DNA of 63,689 nucleotides, the filler included, from Octopus bimaculoides (Eukaryota), in NCBI RefSeq assembly GCF_001194135.2. It is 6 parts of 6 records of this genome, joined end to end, with 100 filler letters (N's around TTAATTAATTAA, not from the genome) between each part and the next. Parts side by side here need not be neighbours in the genome. Positions count along the whole stretch, not along the records: positions 20,330 to 34,171 come from NC_068983.1; positions 34,272 to 53,921 come from NC_069000.1; 4 more parts are not named here. The stretch is one strand, 5' to 3'. Numbering within the stretch: position 1 is the stretch's first letter; each line of letters starts with the position of its first letter. Below are positions 24,929-36,429 of the stretch, in pieces. A program made the position numbers and the translations under genes. The notes beneath the pieces were generated by a model. That model had not been told where the DNA came from. It saw nothing but the letters and a program-made list of their open reading frames with translations, and ran no database searches.

Positions 24929-25226
24929 TATAACAATTAGAAAATGGAGGATAATATGCTGAACCCAACTACTTGCAGACAATGTATCCCGTTGAATTCA
25001 TTAATTTAATTCATAGCAAAAGTGACAAAAAAAGAAGAAAGAAAAAGAAAGAAAGAACCAAAGCACAGGTAAACTGCCATAGACACCTGTGCTTTGGTTC
25101 TTTCTTTCTTTTTCTTTCTTCTTTTTTTGTCACTTTTGCTATGAATTAAATTAATGAATTCAACGGGATACATTGTCTGCGAGTAGTCGGGTTCAGCATA
25201 TTATCCTCCATTTTCTAATTGTTATA
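24929..25226. repeat. Near-perfect palindrome: 142-bp arms, 14-nt loop, 2 mismatches
   Basis: Left arm 24929-25070, loop AAACTGCCATAGAC, right arm 25085-25226; compared base by base. Confidence 0.95.
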
Positions 25227-25313
25227 CAAATTTGGGGTAAAACCTCCACTTTTACCCGCTCCCATTGATTGCACTTAGTATAGCACTAGTGTAGCAATAA
25301 TTGNNNNNNNNNN

Positions 25314-25351
<38 letters not shown>

Positions 25352-25839
25352 AATAAGAATGTAGTTATCATAGTCTTAATATGAACGATGAAGAATTATA
25401 TTATAACTGAGGAACTAGTTTGTCTGAAATAGAAAGAAAATAGCTTTTCATTCATTAAATACTGTCACCCTCAGAAATTCGTAAACGTGAAATTCCGAGT
25501 TATGATTTTCAGCTTTCCGTAAGTGTGATAAATCACTGTCTTTCAATCTCCTCTAATCGTTTTCATGTTCGTACAATGTCTTATGGCGCAACACACGTAC
25601 ACACATACATACAAATGTATACACATGTCTGTATTTGTGCGTATGTGTGTTTTAGTATAACTATTTGTGTCTGTGTATGTCAGTAAATATGCATCTATTA
25701 GCAGACGACATCAGACTAATGATGAGTTAGAACTGCTCCCATGAATTATAAATCTAAGTAGAACACATTTCAAAATGTAGACCAATGAGGATATAAATAT
25801 TTAAGTGAGAGTAACGATAATCTTTCTTCGACAACTTCT

Positions 25840-25886
<47 letters not shown>

Positions 25887-25887
<1 letters not shown>

Positions 25888-26788
25888 TTGAAGCATTGTG
25901 TACTGTTTGTAAAATATAATGTGTTCTGAATGGCACAACAATGCACTATAACAACAATGGACTATAATAACTGTTATAATTTAATTATCCATAGCCTGAT
26001 GTAATATTTCGGAATATAAAAGTTCCTCCTTCAGATATCTCTAGGAATTGATCGAGTCACCGATAGCCATTTGAGATGGTAGGCTGTTCGACAAAAGTTG
26101 GCTTCCAGGTCGAATAAGATGTTCTCGTTCGGCTGTTGGCTCAAGATAATTTAGGGCCCAGACTGAGAAGTCCTAGTTCTTCGTGGGAGAGTGACCCACT
26201 CAAGTCTGTCACTAGGGATTTCGTTGCTGAAGTTGTGCTGGCGTCTTCGGTGTTAGTGTTATCTCGTTTGGTGGACGTGTCCTTTTCATCTGTGTCGGTG
26301 TAATAGGCCGAGTTGTGGCGGTATTTGGTACAAAGCCGCAGAAATTTAAGTTTGAGGCGTTTCTTCTCTTGGTCAACGCAGTGGTGGTAGCATCGGTCAA
26401 TAGCTGCGGTTGTTTCTCGGTATATATGTTCAATGGTTGATGTGATACTGGATATTATTTCGGAGAATTTGCGTATGTGCTCATTTAGTTAGTGGTGTAG
26501 ATAGTGTATGATTTTTTAATGACGAACATATGCATGTATTTCAGTGAACGTCGAAGGGTAAGGCTGCGGAAGCACGTAGGTAGATGTAAGTTTCTGCTGG
26601 TGTTGGGAATTATGTTGTTTTTTATGCAGCGTTTAAGAAAGTTTATTTGGCATCCGATTTTAACACGTTTCCCTGATAGCTTGATCAACTCCCTAGCGGT
26701 CGCGAACTCGGCCTGGCCCAAGCTTAGAGACAGGAGAGTATTGTAGTTCGCTCTTGAAGCATTGTGTATTGTTTTAAAAAAATAATGT
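25887..26788 (-). mobile_element. Internally deleted Penelope-like element with 36-bp direct terminal repeats and a hammerhead-like motif
   Basis: Direct repeats 25887-25922 / 26753-26788 (32/36 identical). Minus-strand N-terminal ORF ...IGCQINFLKRCIKNNIIP is typical of PLE N-termini. Hammerhead-like CTGAAGGA-GGAA..TTCC-GAAA lies at 26034->26007. Confidence 0.7.
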
Positions 26789-27889
26789 ATGTATGTATGT
26801 ACGTATGTATGTAGCCGGATATGGCTGGCTTAAGTGCTAAAGGGTTAAAGAACGAGAGGCAGTTTGAGGTGGGTTAAATACAAAAGGGCTAAATACTGAA
26901 AGTCCCAGGTCAAATCAGTGTGACATTGTATGACAAATCATCCAGCAGGCTTCCACACAGTTTCCATCAATGTAATAATTTCACTTGGACCTGAGGTGAT
27001 GGTAAAAGAAACTTGTCCGAGATGACATGAAGTGGGGCTGAACTTGGGACCTGATGATCACAAAGCCAAATTCTAACCACTCAACCTTGCCTACTTCCAA
27101 TACAGTAAATAAAAATAGGACACACTTAGAAATATTTTGGCATAGAATTTCATGCTATCGGGTTGACCAATATTTTTCAAGCAATGAATAATTTGCATCA
27201 AAACAATAATATAATTTGTCGACTTAGGATTTATTGCAAAGCTGCATGATAAACAACATTTTTGTCTTCCCATTCTGGGGTCAGTACAATATTTTTTTCT
27301 GTCTAACCTCTTTCTTTCTCTCTCTTTCTGTTGATTGTTTTCAACCATCACCATCACCAGTACAAACACCATCAACTGCCATACAAGCACCATTCAGACT
27401 TCTGACGCTACCACCATCAATACCTTTGACTTCATCGCCTTCCCCTCCACCACCATCACCACTGTTTTTCACATCGCTTGCTATCACCGACATCCCTGAC
27501 TGACCACCACCACCATCATCACCGTCGCCTCCGCCTCTAGCACAACTACAGCTAATACTATTACTATTAACCTATTACCATCATAACCATCAATCTACTA
27601 TTAACGCAGAGTTGATTGCGAAGTAGAATATGAAAAATAATGCTAATAATCCTTTCTACTTAAAGAGAATAACAATAATTATCTTACTTCGTAATGAAGG
27701 ACAAGTGTCTCGAAGGTTGAACATAAAAACATCTGTCACGTGTATGTGGGCATGTGGGTGTTTGCGTGTGTGAGTGTGTGCGCGCGCGTATGTGTGTAGG
27801 GGGGTATAACTATTTATGTATATATATAATACAAATAATAAATGAGTATATGCATATATACGTACATGTATGTACATACCTACATCTAC

Positions 27890-27927
<38 letters not shown>

Positions 27928-28184
27928 NNNNNNNNNNNNNNNNNNNNNNNNNNNNNNNNNNNNNNNNNNNNNNNNNNNNNNNNNNNNNNNNNNNNNNNNN
28001 NNNNNNNNNNNNNNNNNNNNNNNNNNNNNNNNNNNNNNNNNNNNNNNNNNNNNNNNNNNNNNNNNNNNNNNNNNNNNNNNNNNNNNNNNNNNNNNNNNNN
28101 NNNNNNNNNNNNNNNNNNNNNNNNNNNNNNNNNNNNNNNNNNNNNNNNNNNNNNNNNNNNNNNNNNNNNNNNNNNNNNNNNNNN

Positions 28185-28258
<74 letters not shown>

Positions 28259-28780
28259 GTAGAGTGACATATAGAGATCTAGGATCAGAGAAGAGAAAAG
28301 GAGATTGGTAGATTAGTAAGCCAAATTAACTGATAGCTTTTGGATATATAGAGTTGCACGACGGAATTACGTATGTATGTGTGTGTGCATGTGCGTGTGT
28401 GTGTGAGTGCATGTATGATATATGTATAAGCGTATGCACACACGCACAGACGCACAGATACAGAGACACACACGTACATATGCGCGCGTGTGCACATGCA
28501 CACACACATACGCGGACATTTTATATTACGTTACTTTTATAATTCATTTTGTTCATCATGTACAAGAATGTGTGCATTTATCATTTATTTTCAATTTTAG
28601 AACAATTGAAGCATGTCTTTGACAATTCCGGAGCATATTGAACTTAAATTGGTGCGTGAATTTGTAATTTTGACCCAGTCTGCATGTATATATGCATGCA
28701 TGTATGTATGTATGTATGTATTCATGCAGGTATGTATGTATGTGTGTATATATGCGAGTATGTGTGTGTATACATATACA

Positions 28781-28873
<93 letters not shown>

Positions 28874-29141
28874 GGGTAAAAATCATTAATTATTTTACCA
28901 GACTAGAGGTCAGCGCGGAAATAAAAACCTTATCGGTAAATTTTACAAATATTTTATAATTATATACATAATTATAAGGGATTGGCTGTAAGCCTCTCCA
29001 CGCGTTGAAAAAATAGACGCCAAAAGACTATTACCACCTTAAAACCTCCGAGAATAACAGACAAGGTTGTAGGCGAGCAAAAGGAAGATAATGAATTAAA
29101 CTTTTGGTTAACCAATCCCTTGTTATAATTATGTATATAAT

Positions 29142-29178
<37 letters not shown>

Positions 29179-29454
29179 ATGTATATATATANNNNNNNNN
29201 NNNNNNNNNNNNNNNNNNNNNNNNNNNNNNNNNNNNNNNNNNNNNNNNNNNNNNNNNNNNNNNNNNNNNNNNNNNNNNNNNNNNNNNNNNNNNNNNNNNN
29301 NNNNNNNNNNNNNNNNNNNNNNNNNNNNNNNNNNNNNNNNNNNNNNNNNNNNNNNNNNNNNNNNNNNNNNNNNNNNNNNNNNNNNNNNNNNNNNNNNNNN
29401 NNNNNNNNNNNNNNNNNNNNNNNNNNNNNNNNNNNNNNNNTGTGTGTGTGTGTG

Positions 29455-29630
29455 TCTCCCGAGCCACTACACATTCTTTAATTTCTCTCCTTGTTTCTTT
29501 CTGTGTTCCTTTCTGTGGAAGAGCGTAGGCTCAAAACGTTAAAGACTTTTCCCTTCCTGAGCGTTAAACCAATGCATCTGTTTGTTGTCTACACCACCTG
29601 TCTTTTTTTTTTTTGTGAATTCTCTTTATA
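29455..29630 (+). mobile_element. PLE terminal-repeat fragment with a hammerhead-like motif (U6 variant, GAAA mutated to AAAA)
   Basis: CTTT-CTGTGGAA-GAGC(GTAG)GCTC-AAAA-CGT-T-AAAG; homologous to 40380-40540. Confidence 0.65.
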
Positions 29631-29949
29631 TTTATATAGTAGAACTATAGATTCGAAGTTATGATTTAAATAGTGTATTTGGGTCTGCCTACCTACGATT
29701 GTAAAGACTGCATGCGGCTGGCTCTGCAGAAGAAACCTTCATGGTTCAACGGAGATTAAAGCAGTTGCAACACTGTAATGTAGAGCGCGAAGAACAAGAT
29801 GAGGCAAGTAAGGCATCTTGGTCATCCACTGCACCTGTCCCCATCTTCAATCGTCTTAACCTGGTCTTGCCACGTGATTGAAGATTGTTATGAACTAAGA
29901 AGTGAGACTTTTCTTTACTCACAACTTTTCTTTACTCACAACAAAATCA

Positions 29950-30330
29950 TCGCTCAAGTCAGCATTCATCCCAAAGGACTCTTTAAATCTCCACGTAGGA
30001 GCCATTCCCCTGGGTAAATCATGATGTTTCACATGTTGGCGGTCTCTTTGGAACAATCCACATAAATTCATTTCTTCTACCTCGTATTTTTTCCCCTTTT
30101 CAGAAATTATCACACTTTTGTATGCTTCTCTTCAAGTTCAATACAGATAAGTCCTAGTTCTATTACTGTATTTTTAGGTAGTCCTTCACTTCTTACAAAG
30201 TAGAGATGTACTGACTTTTGCTTACCTTCTTTACAGTTAGAAAAACTGATAATTCCTCTCCTTCCGATCTTCCGTTTCACGTATAAATGACTGACATTTA
30301 CCTTTGCATGAAGCACTCCATGCATGAATA
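29950..30330 (-). mobile_element. R4/Dong-like non-LTR retrotransposon remnant (post-RT region)
   Basis: MHGVLHAKVNVSHLYVKRKIGRRGIIS resembles the LHPKxxVxRLYxxRxxGGRGL motif; downstream WLLRGDLK resembles WLxxGxLK. Confidence 0.7.
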
Positions 30331-31569
30331 ATGTTTTTCTCCTTTATTCTGTCTATTTCTTTCATCTCATTATTCCAACATTGTAAAATACGATGCCAAC
30401 CACACACGTTTTAGTAGCATTTATCAAAACCTTTAGACTTGTATACAAGCTTAAATATTTGTTCCCATTTTCATTGGCTGGACTGGCAGAATTGTTAGAA
30501 CATCGTAAAAATGCTAAATACCATGTGGTATTTCTTTTCGTTCTGAGATCAAATTCTGTTGGCATTAACTTTGCTTTTCATTCTTTCACATCAGTCGATT
30601 AAAGGCGTAGCTGGTACTTGCTCACTCCAAACTTAGTGGCTGTGTTACTAAACTAGAAAAGAATAATTTTATTTAGGCAGAATCCTATATACATGTATGA
30701 TGCGCGTGTGGATGAACAGAATTCTTTAACTCTTCATACATACTTAAGTATATGAGGAAAAGTATGTGTACTTGTGTGCGTGTGGATGATTTTTTAACAA
30801 ATGCCATATCACCAAATAAGTTATATATGTAAGTAGAATATATTTCAAAACTTAAGATGGACGAGCTTATAAGTGTGAATAATTTTCATCGCATTTCGCC
30901 ATAACAGTCTAGTATCCAGTGGGTACCTCACTCAAGTATCAGTTTTTGCCACTTATTATTATCATTGCCATCATATTATTATTATAATTATTATTATTAT
31001 TATTATTATTATTGCTGATGTTGTTGTTATTATTATTATCATTATTATTTTATGTGTGTATATATATATATATAATATAGATATATGTATACGTTTGTAT
31101 GTACGTATGTACACACACAAACACACATACATGTGCTTATATTGCTTCTTTAATACTACTTGTTTCATTTCTATTATTATGTGTTAGTAATATATTTTGA
31201 TATAACTTTTGAGATAACTTTTTGCAGTATAAACGAGAAAAAGAAAATACAAGAAACGCCCGATAAACTATAGTTTCGTTGTGAACGACAAGAAGCAAAT
31301 TATATACTCTTAAAACTGCTTCTATCGTTTCATATAGCTTTGAGTTCCTAGTATGCATAATTTCAATAAATACACACCTATCGAAAATATACATATATGC
31401 TTATGTGTATTGCTTTCCTTGACATTTTATGATAATAATATGTTTGCGCATACATACATACATACATACATACATACATACATACATACATACATACATA
31501 CGTACGTACATAAGTACGTACGTACGTATGTATGTATAAATAAACGCCTGAAGCGAAAATTGTTTTTGT

Positions 31570-32350
31570 TCTGTCACAACCAACATTACCACAATCCCGA
31601 CGCAAGCCAACACCAACACCACCGACCCGAACCCCCTTACCGATACCAAATCGCAGGTCAACAACACCAGACCCTTAATCACAGACCTCACTGAATCTCT
31701 AACCGTGATGCTCCCGCTGACCCCCAGCACAAGAGGCACTGACCACGCCATTCTCCATAAATTTCCTATCTACCACCCTGACACCACATTACACCCACCC
31801 CTACCAACCACCAATTAGACAGCAAACTATCTAGGCTGAAACAGTCCCTCTTCAACATCCTGAACAAATGAGGCAATTCTTTTCCTGCAACTTTTCTAGG
31901 ACAAAAATCATGACATTAAAAAAGAACTCAAGTTGTGAAATCTAGTCTACCTTCTCTCTGACAAAGACAGAATTTTTACGTCGTCAACCAGGTCACATAT
32001 AACAATTTAGACTTCCAACAACTTAACAACAATGGTATCTACGCTAAAGTCACTGGAGTCACTGCGACAGTGCTGGAGAACCTGATCACCAACATCTGCA
32101 ACCAATGTAAACTCCCAGTGAGCATCAAAAGGGATCTCACCTCACACGACAGTCAGATGCCTTCATTTTATCACCTTATCACGGCGCACAGGCAAGAACC
32201 TGACCTCCACACCAGACCCATAGTCTTCGTCATTCATAAGCCATTTTACAAAGCCTTGTGGCCCATATTTAGAATCCGGCGAGACCTACTGTCGACTTTC
32301 CCAGATCATGTCAACAACCCAGACGCAGTAAATCTTCAAATCAAATAAGT
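31570..32350 (+). mobile_element. Penelope-like element RT N-terminal remnant
   Basis: QMPSFYHLITAHRQEPDLHTRPIV resembles the PLE FYxLxKxHK...RPIVS motif; frameshifted. Confidence 0.7.
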
Positions 32351-32610
32351 TATACTAATCCACTGCCTCAACCCCAAAATCAATAGTCAATCGGTGACGG
32401 GTCGGTGGGTCCTATGAATGCATCACGGTGACTACGATCACAATCCTAACACACACAACCAACACCATTTTGCACCACTACCACCATCACAACCACGGGA
32501 AAATTTTTCCACAGCGACCACGACCTACAGTTGGAGAGTTGCCTGCACCAACAGTTGGAGAGTTGCTGCTGCTGTTGCTAATCTAAACGCCGAGCAATCT
32601 GAAATAATCC

Positions 32611-32760
32611 TTTCGACCATAGGCACAAGGCCTGAAATTTGGAGTGGGGGGTATAGTTGATGACATCGATCCCAGTACTCAACTGGTATTTAATTTATCG
32701 ATCTCGAAATGATGAAAGGCAAAGTCGTCCTCGGCGGAACTTGAACTCAGAAAGTTGAGT
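32611..32760 (-). mobile_element. SINE fragment (second tRNA-SINE family)
   Basis: Minus strand TTCTGAGTTCAAGTTCCGCCGAGGACGACTTTGCCTTTCATCATTTCGAGATCGATAAATTAAATACCAG (B box plus central domain). A related head lies at 55755-55857. Confidence 0.65.
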
Positions 32761-32851
32761 CTTAATATGTTTTCAACGGTGTAGAATTTACAACGTAATT
32801 ATTCTTTTTCATTCCAGGTGCCATTATATTAAACATTTGCGAAGTGTAACC

Positions 32852-33873
32852 ATGCCATACACAAAAAAAACCCCAGCAGAACTATTAGATTTTCAAAAAG
32901 GTCGTATTGTTGGGCAATCTGAGGCTGGTCTTAGCCAGCGAAAAATTGCAGAAAATCTTCAAATTCCTCTTGTAACTGTTAATAGAATTATAGTGCAATT
33001 CAAAAGCCAAGGAAAAGAATCAAAAGCCAAGGAAAAGAATCAACTTTCTTGGCCGACCTGGGCCCTCGGAAAGGAAGCTTTGCTGTTTGAAGAGAATTGT
33101 GGAAAACAAACCCCGTTCGAAGGCTTCTGATATTGCAAAACAGCTAGAAGTTAGTCATGGAACGTGTGTTACATATCTGCATAAGCTTGGGTATTATGGA
33201 CGAGCAGCTAGAAGAAAACCTCTCCTTCAACCAGTTAATATCATGAAAAGAAAGAAATTGGTTAAGGAGATGTCAGAAAAATCCAGTTCATTTTGGGATT
33301 GAGTGATTTTCTCAGATGAATCCAGGTTTGCATTATTATCAGGCAGTGGACGTGTATGGGTCTGAAGGCTCCCCAATCAAGAATTTGATTTGAAACGACT
33401 CCACCCAACTGTGAAACATGGCGGTATCTCTGTAATGGTATGGGAGCTGTCACCAGCAATGGTCGTTCTGAGCTGATCGAATGTGTTGGAACCATAAACT
33501 CTAAAAAAATACATCGAAAAACTTAAGCAAGGACTGCTTCCGATGTATTCACACGATGAGTTTTTATTCGTGGAAGCCATCTCCATGTCACACAGCGAAA
33601 AGGAATCAACAATGGCTGACTGAAAATGGGATCAAAAAGCTTCCTTGGCTGAGCCAATCTCCTGACATGAACCCAACTGAAAATCTTTGGAGCATACTAG
33701 TTAGAGCTATACGAAAAACTTGACAGAAACCTAAATCTCAAGATGAATTGTTTCGATTGTTTCGTGAAAAATGGGCAGAAATACCACAAGAGATAATCAC
33801 AAAGCTCATCAGTTCAATGCCAAAAAGAGTTTCTGAATTAAAAACTGCAAATGGAATGTCAACTAAAATCTAA
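32852..33873 (+). pseudogene. Tc1-family DD34E transposase pseudogene, near full length
   Basis: [21 protein letters not shown] (paired-like HTH), [40 protein letters not shown] and terminal GMSTKI*. Broken by a 20-bp tandem duplication (33001-33040), a stop at 33300 and deletions. Confidence 0.92.
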
Positions 33874-34271
33874 AGTATGTAGTCCTACCTATCGATTACA
33901 TTTCAATTGTATATACATACATACATACATACAAATATACATACATACATACATACATACATGCATACATACATACATATATATACATACATATATGCAT
34001 ATATAATTAACATAATATGGTAAAAATTCGATATTAATTAATATCAATTTAATACCAGGAAACTAGCACATTAAAAGAATCAGATGGTTCTTGAAAAAAT
34101 GTTATTCGAGATCCTAAAAAGATTATAGTACTGGTCAATCTTATATACACAAGTACTATATGCATATATATNNNNNNNNNNNNNNNNNNNNNNNNNNNNN
34201 NNNNNNNNNNNNNNNTTAATTAATTAANNNNNNNNNNNNNNNNNNNNNNNNNNNNNNNNNNNNNNNNNNNN

Positions 34272-35240
34272 ACACAGAGTCAGAGTTGTGGCGTTTTCAA
34301 CTTCAATTTTTCCAGTCAAATTTATTAACCCGTGTATAATACTAGAGTCAATTTATGGTTTGGTATGACTAATTTTGCATTACGTTTTACGAGAGTTTTG
34401 ATTATGTGTTTTTCTCTGGCCTACCTGGTATACATCTGATTATAGCACGCTGTGTGCAATGTGTGTAGAGTCTAAATGTGTCTAAAGCGTCTAGTGTCTA
34501 ATGTATTTCTTGAATTGTATTTCTGTCTATATACATCAGTTTCTTGCCTTCTAGTGTGTTTGAATATCCGTTGTTAATTAGGGTTTGTCTTATTTTATTT
34601 TTTGGGGGGTTTTCTATTTCTAATGTTTATTTGTGGAAGAGGATCTAAATGCTCTCTTAAGTAGTGCTTCTACCACTGATATTTTTTTGATTATGTAAGC
34701 ATTCGCTGGATCCATTTAGGGATGTGCAATGTTTGTTATTTTTATTTAAATTTAAGTAACGTGTCTATTGTTTTAATCAGAAAGCTTATTTCTAGAAATG
34801 AAGTCCTAGTGGTAATGTTTTAGCTGTTAAATTTTGGTTCTGATGTGTCTATCACAACTAATATATCACCTACGTATTTAGTATATATTTAAATACTTGA
34901 GGCTAGGCATGTTTTTGTTTTCATTGTAGCTAAGTAGAAAGTGGATTGTAGGAGAGAACCTATTGCTACTCCATCTTTTGTTTATGTAGTTTGCCTTTTG
35001 GATAGTGAAGAGGTATTTCCGTTGTGCAAGTTACTAGTAGGTTTTTTTAAAAAATAATTGTGCTAGTATCATATGTAACTTTATTTTGGGGTTTTTGTAT
35101 ACCTTATCTAACATAATTTCGATTCTTTCTACTATTCTTTCTACATCTCGGACTGAATAATAACTATTTTGTTTGTTTTTTCCAAAATGTATATAGTACT
35201 TCTTATGGTGACATAATACTGTAATTCTTTTGGTGCCTTT
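34272..35240 (-). mobile_element. Penelope-like reverse transcriptase remnant
   Basis: Minus strand gives KDGVAIGS (for GVAMGS), KYVGDILV (for RYVDD) and LHFLEI (for LPFLD), with many stops. Confidence 0.8.
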
Positions 35241-35794
35241 ATTTGGCTCTTTTATTTGTGGGTGTATTTATTTGGGATATTATGAGACGGCGAGGCAGTG
35301 GTGTAGCGAGGGGTGTGCACTGTATGCAGACCACACGGGGCAGTCGCTATCGGGGTGGGTAAACATTTTGAAGGCATGTTATGTTCAAGAAAGTGAACAA
35401 TCAATTTGGCTATTGTATAGAGTGGCCAAAACTCACATGCGGCCATGCTAGACCCCTACAGAGGGGACTGTTTTGGGTACTTTTACTATACCGTATTTAG
35501 GTTTTGGGATGAATACTCGTTCCATCTTCGAAAATTTCGATGGTCCTGTTTTTGCATTTTTCACTAATTATTTAATTTAATTTGATTTTTATGCTCACAT
35601 GACCCGCGCACATACATACATACATCATACATACATAGATACATACATCATACATACATACATACATACATCATACATACATACATACATACATCATACA
35701 TACATACATACATACATACATACATACATACATACATACATACAGTCATATATTCATACAGACACACATACATACATAAAACATACATATACAT

Positions 35795-36415
35795 TAGGGT
35801 GGAGTGAAAATAAAAATTGTAGAAATTGAAAATGCCTGAGGGCTAAAATGTTGCTATATTTGATTACTAGAAAAATGCTAAATTTTCACTGAGATCAACT
35901 AACGGTATTTACTCCCTCAAGCTCCCTAAACTTCGAAAATGGGGGATTTCTGTAAATTTTTACAATAACAGAGTTTGGGGAGTTCGAGGAAGTAAATGCT
36001 CTTGACTAAGCAAAAAATTAGCGTTTTTCTAGTAATAATATATAGCAAGATTATAGGCCTCAGGCATTTTTAATTTCTACAATTTTTTATTTTTACTCCA
36101 CCCTAGATTACACTATCTATATACCCGCACACACAAATGCCTGAGGCCTAAAATCTTGCTATATATTATTACTAGAAAATGCTAAATTTTTGCTTTGATC
36201 AGTCAAGGGCATTTACTCTCTCAAACCCACCAAAATCGGCTATTGTAAAAAATTTACAAAAATACCCCATTTTCGGAGTTTTGGGGGCTTGAGAGAGTAA
36301 ATGCCCTTGATTAATCTCACCGAAAATTTAGCATTTTTCTAGTAATTAAATATAGAAACAGTTTAGCTGTCAGGAATTTTCAATTTTCACAATTTTATAT
36401 TTTCACTCCACCCTA
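35795..36415. mobile_element. Two palindromic MITEs in inverted tandem
   Basis: Unit 1 35795-36105 (TA-GGGTGGAGTG...CTCCACCC-TA). Unit 2 36135-36415 is the same family in opposite orientation and truncated at its left end. Confidence 0.85.
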
Positions 36416-36429
36416 ATATGCATATTTTC

